Shown: positions 1 through 8,329 of the stretch, one piece after another
Numbering within the stretch: position 1 is the stretch's first letter
Layout: each line of letters begins with the position of its first letter
Assembly (NCBI GenBank): GCA_964586355.1
Contig: CAZPGO010000030.1
Span: 30,001 to 62,000 of the forward strand
Source: an uncultured archaeon
GTDB lineage: Archaea > Iainarchaeota > Iainarchaeia > Iainarchaeales > CSSED10-239
Length of the DNA stretch: 32,000 nucleotides
Direction: 5' to 3'
The notes under the pieces: model-generated
Database searches by the model: none
What the model was told of the DNA's origin: nothing
The model's input: the letters and a program-made list of their open reading frames with translations, nothing else
Program-made: the position numbers and the translations under genes

Positions 1-426
1 ATTTTCATATTTACACATTCTGATATTCTAACACCTGTTGAAAACATAAATTCTACTATTAGTTTATTTCTAGTATTATCTATAACAGAAATAAGTTCTT
101 TAATTTCTTTAGGTGTTAAGACAATTGGTATTTTCTTAGCTTTTTTTGGCAGTTTTATATTTATTAAAATATTACTTTTTAAAAATTCAATATAAAAATG
201 TTTAATAGCAGAAAGTACAAGATTAAGTGTTGCAGATCCTACTTTTTTTTCTGTTTTTAAATATGATAAAAAATTTATAATATCATCATCATTTATTTTA
301 TCTAGATCTTTTTTAACATATTCATAAAACATATTTAAATATATCATATATGTATCAATAGTTCTTTGACTATAACCCATAATATTTAGTTCATTTTTGA
401 ATTTTTTTAATAGTATTTCTGACATA
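1..426 (-). CDS. Tyrosine recombinase/integrase (XerC/XerD/XerA-like), N-terminal part. The gene runs off the left edge.
   Basis: This ORF is absent from the ORF track because it is truncated. The reverse complement from the ATG at 426-424 reads MSEILLKKFKNELNIMGYSQRTIDTYMIYLNMFYEYVKKDLDKINDDDIINFLSYLKTEKKVGSATLNLVLSAIKHFYIEFL...LTPKEIKELISVIDNTRNKLIVEFMFSTGVRISECVNMK without stops. That is a SAM-like core-binding domain followed by the TGxRISE box carrying the first catalytic Arg of tyrosine recombinases. Confidence 0.75.
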
Positions 427-1123
427 TAAATAATAATAGCTCTATTTTCTTTATAATCTTATTGTTTTAAGCCGAAAAAGTGCTTTGTTTTTCAAACCTT
501 TTTGACTCTTTTTTTTTCTAGTTTTTTAGTTTTTTTAATAAATTATATTAAACAAGTGTTATTTTGGCTTGTTTTATTTATACATAAATTTATTTTTTAG
601 ATCTTTTTTTCTTCTAACCTTTTATATTTTCTAGCTTTTTTCTAATTTATACATAAGTTAGTAAAACAAACAAAACCACTTATAAAATGATTGACCTTCT
701 ATTAATTATACTTTTTTTAAAAAAAGAAATATAATGTGATCAAATATAAATCCCAAATACATACTCAACAGAAAAGATGAAAAAATCACTTATAATATTT
801 ATAAAATCAAATTAGCAATATTAAAAGCACTTGATGCAATTGAGAATCCTGATATAGATCTTGCTGATTTTATTACTAAAAAAGTTGATACTGTTTTAGT
901 TAATGAATATTTTAATAAAAAGATTTTACCTAAGATTGATGATATTCAAAATATTATTGAAGATGTTTTAATTAAAGAAGGATTAACTAAATTAGTAAAA
1001 GCTTATGTTATTTATAGAAAACAACATGATGATTTTAGGCAATTTTCTAAATTAATAGATAGTGTTAATGCTGTTGAAAGTTACATAAACATTTCTGATT
1101 GGCAAGTAAAAGAAAATAGCAAT

Positions 1124-2773
1124 ATGGATTATTCATTACAAGGTCTAAATAATTATTTATCTACTAAAATAATTTCTGATTATTGGATAAAAAAAATATA
1201 TCCTCCAGAAATAAAGGAAGCACACGAAAAAAGGCAATTACATATACACGATCTAAGCACATTAGGACCTTATTGTGTAGGTTGGGATCTACAATTTTTA
1301 TTAAGAAATGGTTTTAAGGGAGGTCTTGGTAAAATTGTTGCATCTGCTCCAAAACATTTTGATATTGCATTAGGTCAAATAGTTAATTTCATTTATACTC
1401 TTCAAGGAGAAGCAGCAGGTGCTCAAGCTTTTAGTAATTTTGATACTCTTTTAGCTCCTTTTATTTTTTATGATAATCTGGATTATAAAAGAGTAAAGGC
1501 AGATCTTGAAAAATTTATTTATAATATGAATGTTCCAACAAGGGTTGGATATCAAACTCCATTTTCAAATATAACCTTAGATCTAACAATACCATCAACT
1601 CTAAAAAACGAATCAGTAATAATTGCAGGAAAACCTATGGACAAAACCTATGGGGAATTCCAAGAACAAGTTGATATGTTTAATAAAGCAATTTTAGAAA
1701 TTTTTTATGAAGGTGATGCTGGAGGAAACATGTTTTCATTTCCAATACCTACAATAAATGTTACTAGTGACTTTAATTGGGATAGTGATCTTGCAAATAA
1801 AATAATTGATCTAACCATAAAATATGGTACCCCTTATTTTGCAAACTTTGTAAATTCTGATATGAAACCAGAAGATGCTAGAAGTATGTGTTGTAGATTA
1901 AGATTAGATAATCGTGAGCTTCAAAAAAGAGGAGGAGGGTTATTTGGATCTAATCCTCTAACAGGATCTATTGGTGTTGTAACAATTAACCTTGCACAGA
2001 TAGGTTATCTTGCAAAAACAAAAGAAGAGTATTTTGAAAGACTTGGTTATTTAATGGATCTTGCTAAAAAATCATTAGATCTAAAAAGAAAGATTGTTGA
2101 AAAGTATACAGAGGATGGACTATACCCTTATTCTAAATACAATCTTTCACAGATACATGATAGATTTGGATCTTATTGGAAAAATCATTTTTCTACTATT
2201 GGTCTACTTGGTATGAACGAATCTGCTGTTAATTTTTTAGGTGAAGGCATATATACAGAAAAAGGTCAGGCTTTTGCTATTGAAGTTATGGATTTTATGA
2301 GAGATAGAATACAAAAATATCAAGAAGATACAGGAAATTTATATAATCTAGAAGCAACTCCAGGAGAGAGTACTACTTATAGATTTGCAACTTATGATAA
2401 AAAAGAGCATCCTTCAATAATTGTTGCTAATGAAGAAAATTATCAACAAGGTGCTCAGCCATATTATACAAATTCAACACAATTACCAGTAAATTATACA
2501 ACAGATATTTTTGATGTCTTGGATTTACAAGACGATTTACAATGTAAGTACACTGGTGGAACAGTTCTTCATTTTTTTATTGGTGAAAAAAAACCTTCTA
2601 GAGAAGCAATAAAATCATTAATAAAAAAAATCTCTAAAAATTACAAATTACCATACTTTACATTTAGTCCAACATTTTCAATTTGTCCAAAACACGGATA
2701 TATTTTTGGAGAGCATGAATATTGCCCACTTTGTGATAAAGAAATAGGGTATATAGAAAAGGAGGAAAAGTAA
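1124..2773 (+). CDS. nrdD: Anaerobic (class III) ribonucleoside-triphosphate reductase NrdD, large piece. The frame is open upstream to 740 and encodes an ATP-cone, so the true N-terminus is almost certainly upstream of 1124.
   Basis: NrdD hallmarks are present: LGPYCVGWDL, ARSMCCRLRLD (thiyl-radical Cys loop), GGGLFGSNPLTGSIGVVTINL, and the C-terminal Zn-ribbon CPKH...CPLC. The upstream in-frame translation (740-1123) gives an ATP-cone-like YILNRKDEKITYNIYKIKLAILKAL...AYVIYRKQ and the conserved DWQVKENSN. Confidence 0.9.
   Translation: MDYSLQGLNNYLSTKIISDYWIKKIYPPEIKEAHEKRQLHIHDLSTLGPYCVGWDLQFLLRNGFKGGLGKIVASAPKHFDIALGQIVNFIYTLQGEAAGAQAFSNFDTLLAPFIFYDNLDYKRVKADLEKFIYNMNVPTRVGYQTPFSNITLDLTIPSTLKNESVIIAGKPMDKTYGEFQEQVDMFNKAILEIFYEGDAGGNMFSFPIPTINVTSDFNWDSDLANKIIDLTIKYGTPYFANFVNSDMKPEDARSMCCRLRLDNRELQKRGGGLFGSNPLTGSIGVVTINLAQIGYLAKTKEEYFERLGYLMDLAKKSLDLKRKIVEKYTEDGLYPYSKYNLSQIHDRFGSYWKNHFSTIGLLGMNESAVNFLGEGIYTEKGQAFAIEVMDFMRDRIQKYQEDTGNLYNLEATPGESTTYRFATYDKKEHPSIIVANEENYQQGAQPYYTNSTQLPVNYTTDIFDVLDLQDDLQCKYTGGTVLHFFIGEKKPSREAIKSLIKKISKNYKLPYFTFSPTFSICPKHGYIFGEHEYCPLCDKEIGYIEKEEK
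2761..2766 (+). promoter_or_regulatory. Shine-Dalgarno-like GGAGGA serving the mini-ORF at 2774
   Basis: GGAGGA lies 8 nt upstream of the ATG at 2774, inside the last codons of the nrdD large piece. The same GGAGG-type motif precedes dnaK, the pilin genes and the ORF at 5699. Confidence 0.5.
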
Positions 2774-2926
2774 ATGGAAGCAAATATAGAAGAATTAAAA
2801 GCAAAAAGACAAAAATGTGAAATTTTTTCTAGAGTAGTAGGATATGTAAGAAGAGTAGATGCATGGAATTATGGTAAACAAGCAGAGTTTCATGATAGAA
2901 AATTATTTAATACAGATAAGAAGTAA
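2774..2926 (+). CDS. 50-aa glycyl-radical peptide of NrdD, encoded as a separate ORF (not in the ORF track)
   Basis: The ORF translates as MEANIEELKAKRQKCEIFSRVVGYVRRVDAWNYGKQAEFHDRKLFNTDKK. It contains the class III RNR glycyl-radical signature SR(V/I)xGY...WNxGKxxEFxDRK. It starts immediately after, and in the same frame as, the nrdD TAA at 2771-2773. Confidence 0.7.
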   Translation: MEANIEELKAKRQKCEIFSRVVGYVRRVDAWNYGKQAEFHDRKLFNTDKK

Positions 2927-2931
2927 TTAAC

Positions 2932-3600
2932 ATGGAATTAAGAATAGGTGCAATAGAAAAATTTAGCACAATAGATTATCCTGACAAGATATCTTGTGCT
3001 ATTTTTTTAAAAGGGTGTAATTTTTTTTGTGGTTTTTGTTATAATAAACAACTAGTTTGTAAAGAACTATTGGACACCACTCCTGATCTTCCCCTAGAAG
3101 AACTTAAAGAATTTTTAAACAAACGTGTTGGCTTAATTGATGCGGTTGTTGTTAGTGGTGGAGAACCAACAATATATGGCGATTCTCTTATTTCTTTTAT
3201 TAGAGAGATAAAAACAAAAGGTTATCTAATAAAATTAGACACAAATGGTTCAAATCCAAAAGTATTAAAACAAATAATTTCTGAAAATTTGGTTGATTAT
3301 ATTGCTATGGATTTAAAAGATTCTTTTGAAAATTATGATAAATATACTTTTGTTCCTGTTGAAAACATCAAAGAGTCTATTAATTTAATCCTAAATTCCA
3401 ACATAGCTCATGAGTTTAGAGTTACCACTCACCCAGAACTAACTTTGGAGAATTTTAATATTTTATTAACTTATGTTCCTGAGCAAAAGGTTCTTGTCCA
3501 AGATTTCATGAACACCAATACTATAAAAGAATATCCTGATGATTCTAAAACAATTTTTTCACAATTATCAAAAGAGGACAAAAGATATATTTTACGTTAA
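2932..3600 (+). CDS. nrdG: Anaerobic RNR activating protein (radical SAM)
   Basis: The CNFFCGFC motif is the CxxxCxxC radical-SAM cluster, and VVSGGEPT is the SAM-binding GGEP motif. The gene sits directly downstream of nrdD. Confidence 0.88.
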   Translation: MELRIGAIEKFSTIDYPDKISCAIFLKGCNFFCGFCYNKQLVCKELLDTTPDLPLEELKEFLNKRVGLIDAVVVSGGEPTIYGDSLISFIREIKTKGYLIKLDTNGSNPKVLKQIISENLVDYIAMDLKDSFENYDKYTFVPVENIKESINLILNSNIAHEFRVTTHPELTLENFNILLTYVPEQKVLVQDFMNTNTIKEYPDDSKTIFSQLSKEDKRYILR

Positions 3601-3624
3601 TATTTTTAAAAAGAGAGATTAATT

Positions 3625-5670
3625 ATGGTTTTTGTAAATACAATAATAAGCAATTCAAATGAAAAAGAAATATTTTCTAAAGAAAAATTAACTATTTTAT
3701 TATTTGAAAATATGTGTACTATTGGTTCACCAAATTTAAATCTTGCAGAAAAACTTTCTTTTTTAATAGTTGATAAAGTTAATGCTAGTTTTTCAGAGTC
3801 TATTTCTTTTGAAAAATTAGATGATATTATAAAAGAGGTTTTATTTAAAGAAAATCAAAAAGATCTCTTACAAGCATATATTTTTAAGAAATCAAAACCT
3901 GATCATTCTTTAATAGATCAGGAGCTTAAAGAAAACATATTAAAATTTCTTTTGAATTTAAATGATTCTGAAAATATTTCTTCTTATTTAATAAATTTAA
4001 ATAGTCAATTAAATGAATTACAGAATAACACCCATGAAAAAATAAACAAAAATATTTTTGATTATATAAGAGAGGGTTTATTTTACCCAAGTTCAAAGAT
4101 TTTAAAAAGTATTTCAAAAAATCATTATTTTTCCTCCACATTTTCTTTTCATATTGAGGATACCTTAGAGTCTATTTTTGATAATTTGTCTTTATCTAGT
4201 AAGCTTCAAAAACAAGGTCTCTCAATATCAATTGATTTAAGTAAAATAAGATCTCAAAAAGAAAAAATAAAATCTATTAATGAAAATGCTTGTGGACCTA
4301 TTAAAGTTGCAAATTTATTTAGATCTGCAAAGGCTATGATTGGGTACTCTATAAAAACATCTAGTAATGTTTTTTCTATATCTATTGAACATCCAGATAT
4401 AATCTCTTTAATTAATTATAATTTTTCAGAAACCTCTGATAATTTCACAATTTTAGTTCCAAATAGATTTGTTGAAAACTATATGAATAATGAAGACTAT
4501 GTTATTGAGACTGTTTTTGGTAATCAAAAAATAACTCCTTCAATAATTTTTGATCTAATTTGTTCAAAAATAGCTATTGGGGAAAAAATAAATCTTGTCT
4601 TTGTAGATCTGATGTCTAAAAAAAACCCAATCTCTTTAGAACAAAAAATTTTTTCAATTTCTTCTGTCGGTTATCAACCAGTAATTGACAAAAGTGGTTT
4701 TCTCTCGGGGGTAATTGATGTTTCAAAATTAGTAAATATTTTAGGAGATGCTAAAACTTTTGATTGGCAAAAACTAAAAGCAATTATTTGGGATTCTGTA
4801 GAATTTTTAGATAATCTTATTGATTCTTCTAATTATATTAATGATGAATATATGCAAGCGGCAAAAGATTATAGGCAGATCTATTTGTCTATAACTGGTT
4901 TTGCTACTCTTTTATCTAAACTAAATATTTCCTATAATAGTGATGATGCGATCTTTTTTGCAGAAACTCTATCTAATTTTATATCCTACTATGCAAAGCT
5001 AAAATCCACTGAGCTTGCAAAAGAAAGAGGTCCATTTTTAAAATTCATAAAAAGTAAATATGAACAATCCTCTTTTTCTTTTGAAAAATCTTCTATTCAA
5101 AAAACTTTGTTTTCAAATGATCTAAGCAAATCTAAAAAATTATTAAATAATATGCCTTTAATTGATTGGGTTGAACTTAGAAATAATATTAAGAAATACG
5201 GACTTAGAAACGCAACTACTTTTGGAATAATTTTTTCTGATTTTTATTCTATTGCAAATGATTCTACTAACTCTGTTAATCCTATTTTGAGTTATAAAAG
5301 TACATATCTAATTAATGGTTATAAATCAGAAAAAATAAAGAAAGAACTTTCCTTAACTTCCCCAGACATAAATGAAAATTGGACAGAAGAGGAAATTGAT
5401 TCTTTTTTATCTAATGATCTAAAAAAGTTGTTTGTTAAAGCCAAAAATATAGATCCTTATTTTTTAATAAGATTACAATCTGTTTTTGAAAAAAATTCTG
5501 ACGGGCTTACAAATATAAATATTTTTATTACTGATAATTATACAATCTTAGATATAAAGAATCTAATAATCGAAAGTTACATGTTAGGAAATTCCTTATT
5601 TTTGCCAGAAAAAATAAATGGTCAAAATGACTTTAATACAGATAAAAAAACGAAAAAAAATAGTTTATAA
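3625..5670 (+). CDS. Ribonucleotide reductase-fold protein (NrdJ/NrdA-like alpha chain with a degenerate ATP-cone), predicted to be catalytically inactive
   Basis: The protein is collinear with RNR alpha-chain motifs, but every motif is degraded. SSTFSFHIEDTLESIF replaces SxCFxLxxxDSxESIF. GLSISIDLSKIR...ACGPIKVANLF replaces GGGxGxxxSxLRP...SGPVSFM. KTSSNVFSISIEHPDII replaces GGRRGAxxxxLxxxHPDI. SSVGYQP...SGFLSGVIDVSKLV replaces NPCGEQP...ESCNLGSINLSKFV. RQIYLSITGFATLL replaces RRIGLGxMGxAxxL. GLRNATTFGIIFSD...NSVNPI replaces GxRNxxxxxIAPTG...SGIEP. Confidence 0.75.
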   Translation: MVFVNTIISNSNEKEIFSKEKLTILLFENMCTIGSPNLNLAEKLSFLIVDKVNASFSESISFEKLDDIIKEVLFKENQKDLLQAYIFKKSKPDHSLIDQELKENILKFLLNLNDSENISSYLINLNSQLNELQNNTHEKINKNIFDYIREGLFYPSSKILKSISKNHYFSSTFSFHIEDTLESIFDNLSLSSKLQKQGLSISIDLSKIRSQKEKIKSINENACGPIKVANLFRSAKAMIGYSIKTSSNVFSISIEHPDIISLINYNFSETSDNFTILVPNRFVENYMNNEDYVIETVFGNQKITPSIIFDLICSKIAIGEKINLVFVDLMSKKNPISLEQKIFSISSVGYQPVIDKSGFLSGVIDVSKLVNILGDAKTFDWQKLKAIIWDSVEFLDNLIDSSNYINDEYMQAAKDYRQIYLSITGFATLLSKLNISYNSDDAIFFAETLSNFISYYAKLKSTELAKERGPFLKFIKSKYEQSSFSFEKSSIQKTLFSNDLSKSKKLLNNMPLIDWVELRNNIKKYGLRNATTFGIIFSDFYSIANDSTNSVNPILSYKSTYLINGYKSEKIKKELSLTSPDINENWTEEEIDSFLSNDLKKLFVKAKNIDPYFLIRLQSVFEKNSDGLTNINIFITDNYTILDIKNLIIESYMLGNSLFLPEKINGQNDFNTDKKTKKNSL

Positions 5671-5698
5671 CTTATTTTAAACAAAGGAGTGATAGTAA

Positions 5699-5995
5699 AT
5701 GCCATTATTTAAAGGTCCTATAAAAAGACCTGCAGTAAGGAAACCAAAAAAACCTACCCTGAATAAATTTGCAAATTCAAAAAAACCAAATAACTCTACA
5801 CAAATAAGTAAAGATTTAAGAGAATCATTTGGAGATTTAGCAAAGTCTTTAATGCAAAACAAATCAAAACCAAAAACAAAAAGCACAATAACTAGCGAAC
5901 AGCAAAAAAAGAAAGCAATTTTACTAACAAGACAAAAACAAAGAATAAAGCAAATTAAGAAAGCAAAAAAAGAAAATAAAAAAAGATCTGCATAA
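5699..5995 (+). CDS. Small, very basic Lys-rich protein (98 aa), function unknown
   Basis: A strong GGAGTG SD sits 8-9 nt upstream of the ATG. The ORF is extremely K/R/Q-rich with no hydrophobic core. It is convergent with cdc48. Confidence 0.5.
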   Translation: MPLFKGPIKRPAVRKPKKPTLNKFANSKKPNNSTQISKDLRESFGDLAKSLMQNKSKPKTKSTITSEQQKKKAILLTRQKQRIKQIKKAKKENKKRSA

Positions 5996-5999
5996 ATGT

Positions 6000-8195
6000 C
6001 TAACTAATTGCAGAATCTGTTTTTTCTGTTTTTTCATTTTTCTTTTTAAATTTTTCAATAGCTTTTAAGAAAGCAGTTTTTGAAACTATTGGTTTTGTTT
6101 TTAGTTTTTTATTTTTTTCTGTTTTTTCTACAATTGTTCTTATTTCAGAAAGTCCTGCTTCTCTACATATTGCTTCAATATCAGCACCAGAAAACCCTTC
6201 TGTTTCTTTAGCTAGTTGTGATATTTTTATTTGGGAATCCACATTCATCTTATTAATATATACTTCAAATATTTTTTCTCTGGTTTTTAGATCTGGTAAA
6301 GGGACTAATAATATTTTTTCAAATCTGCCTGGTCTTAAAAATGCAGAGTCTACCATATCTATTCTATTTGTTGCACCAATAATAACTATATCCTTAAGAT
6401 TAGAAACTCCATCAATTTCTGTTAATAGTTGTGCAACTACATTATTTTTTGCCTCGTTGCCTATTTCTCCATATCTTGTTCCTGTAATAGAGTCTATCTC
6501 ATCAATAAATATAATACTTGGCGCTAGTTGTCTTGCTTTTTTAAAAATATCTCTTATCTTTTTTTCTGATTCTCCAACCCATTTATTATAAATTTCAGGT
6601 CCTTTTACAGAAATAAAATTGGCATTTGCTTCAGTAGCAATGGCTTTTGCTAGTAGTGTTTTTCCTGTTCCTGGAAGCCCATAAAGTAAAACCCCTCTTG
6701 GTGCTTGAACCCCAACATCTTCAAACAATGTTTTGTGTTTCATAGGCCATTCTATCATTTCTTTAAGTTCTTGTTTAATATTTTCTAAACCACCAACAGC
6801 ATCCCATTTTGTATTTGGAATTGTAACCATAATTTCTCTTATAGCAGATGGTTCAACAACATTTAGTGCATCTGAAAAATCTTCTTGTGTTATAATTAGT
6901 TTATCCATTATCTCTTTTGATAAATGATTTCCTGTTTCCTTATTAATTAACGGTATTAATCTTTTTAGTGCTTTTAGTGCTGCTTCTTTACAAAGTGCGG
7001 AAATATCAGCACCAGAAAAGCCATTAGTGTATTCAATTATCTTATCTAGATTTACATTTACTAAAGGCATCCCTCTAGTATGCACCAATAATATTTCTTT
7101 TCTAGCATCTTTTGTTGGTATGTTAATCTCTATCTCTCTATCAAATCTTCCTGGTCTTCTAAGAGCAGGATCTAAGGAATCAGGAATGTTTGTTGCACCA
7201 ATAACAACAACATCCCCTCTTGTTTTTAACCCATCCATTAATGTTAATAATTGTGCAACAATTCTTTTTTCTGTTTCTCCATGAATGTTTTCTCTTTTAG
7301 GGGCTATTGCATCAATCTCATCAATAAATATTATGCTTGGTGCTTTTTCTTCTGCTTCTTTAAATATTTTTCGCAGATTTTCTTCTGATTGCCCATAAAC
7401 TCCACTAACTATTTCTGGCCCATTAATTATTTGAAAATTAGAATCTGTTTCACTAGCTACTGCTTTTGCTAATAATGTTTTTCCAGTTCCTGGTGGTCCA
7501 TAAAGTAAAATACCCTTTGGTGCAGATATTCCTAATTTTTTAAAAATTTCTGGTCTTTTTATTGGGAGTTCTACCATTTCTCTAATACTTTCTATTTCTT
7601 TTTTTAATCCACCAATATCATCATAAGTGATTCCTAGTTTATTTGCTTCTTCTGGTTTATCAGTAATTGTTATTTTTGTTTCTGGTGTGATCATTACTGC
7701 TCCTTTAGGTAATGTTTTTATTACTGTTAATTGTAGATCTCTTTGTTCTCCAGTTTTAGTAACCATTTTTATTCCTGGTATGATTACTGTATTTTGTTCA
7801 ATAATATTTTTATTTAATAATCTATCTTTAATATATGCTAAGACGTCTTGTCTTTTAAGATCAGAACTTTCATCAGAAGGAGAAAGTGTTATACTATTTG
7901 CAATCTGACAAACAGTTTTTTCAATAGTTACTTCTTCATCTATTTTTGTTCCTGCATTAAATCTTAAGGTTGCATCAAGGCATATGGAATTAAGCCCAGT
8001 GTCAGAGATTTTCCCTTTAATTGCATAAGCAATTGCAGATTTAGTTGTTTTTATTCCTTGTATCTTTATGGTATCTCCAGTAGTTAACCCAAGTTTTTCA
8101 AAAACAACAGGATCTATTTTTGCAATCCCTTTTCCTACATCTGAAATATCTATTTCTTTTACTGTTAAATATGCTTTTTCCATTTTTCTAATCAC
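6000..8195 (-). CDS. cdc48: CDC48/VCP-type AAA+ ATPase (N domain plus D1 and D2)
   Basis: There are two AAA modules, each with Walker A ([16 protein letters not shown]) and Walker B (IIFIDEID twice). A CDC48-type N-domain is present ([25 protein letters not shown]), along with second regions of homology. Confidence 0.95.
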   Translation of the reverse strand: MIRKMEKAYLTVKEIDISDVGKGIAKIDPVVFEKLGLTTGDTIKIQGIKTTKSAIAYAIKGKISDTGLNSICLDATLRFNAGTKIDEEVTIEKTVCQIANSITLSPSDESSDLKRQDVLAYIKDRLLNKNIIEQNTVIIPGIKMVTKTGEQRDLQLTVIKTLPKGAVMITPETKITITDKPEEANKLGITYDDIGGLKKEIESIREMVELPIKRPEIFKKLGISAPKGILLYGPPGTGKTLLAKAVASETDSNFQIINGPEIVSGVYGQSEENLRKIFKEAEEKAPSIIFIDEIDAIAPKRENIHGETEKRIVAQLLTLMDGLKTRGDVVVIGATNIPDSLDPALRRPGRFDREIEINIPTKDARKEILLVHTRGMPLVNVNLDKIIEYTNGFSGADISALCKEAALKALKRLIPLINKETGNHLSKEIMDKLIITQEDFSDALNVVEPSAIREIMVTIPNTKWDAVGGLENIKQELKEMIEWPMKHKTLFEDVGVQAPRGVLLYGLPGTGKTLLAKAIATEANANFISVKGPEIYNKWVGESEKKIRDIFKKARQLAPSIIFIDEIDSITGTRYGEIGNEAKNNVVAQLLTEIDGVSNLKDIVIIGATNRIDMVDSAFLRPGRFEKILLVPLPDLKTREKIFEVYINKMNVDSQIKISQLAKETEGFSGADIEAICREAGLSEIRTIVEKTEKNKKLKTKPIVSKTAFLKAIEKFKKKNEKTEKTDSAIS

Positions 8196-8329
8196 TCAAT
8201 ATATATTATAGAATATTTATTTATAAATAACTACTAATATAAGAAATAGGTTTGAAAATAATTAAAAGTTTTGTGTAAATATTTTTATTAATTTTTCTTT
8301 TTTTATTAATTTTAAGTAGTGTTTTTTAA

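Noticed and set aside
1-733. The truncated tyrosine recombinase as a marker of an integrated mobile element or genomic island.
   Set aside because: Only the N-terminal 142 codons are visible. No att-like repeat, tRNA target or phage or plasmid genes flank it in the window. A chromosomal XerA-type resolvase is equally likely.
737-739. The idea that TGA is reassigned to a sense codon (code 4/25-like), which would let nrdD start at the ATG at 734.
   Set aside because: All long conserved genes in the window are intact under the standard code and use TGG for Trp. topA appears to terminate at a TGA overlapping the next gene's ATG (9148-9151). No other gene needs TGA read-through. A genome-wide recoding is therefore unsupported, though a local error or nonsense change remains possible.
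6733-7908. Plus-strand ORFs (6733-6927, 7027-7284, 7627-7908) inside cdc48. Similar antisense or off-frame ORFs occur elsewhere: 3926-4141, 5677-5886, 8469-8777, 9110-9355, 10457-10753, 11417-11707, 11799-12074, 12468-12662, 12755-13162, 13661-14011, 15245-15442, 16577-16930, 17371-17562, 19059-19253, 19889-20107, 25762-25965, 29621-29806 and 29673-29966.
   Set aside because: All lie within, and opposite to or out of frame with, long ORFs that have unambiguous conserved motifs. Their translations are low-complexity Phe/Ile/Ser/Leu strings typical of shadow ORFs in AT-rich DNA.
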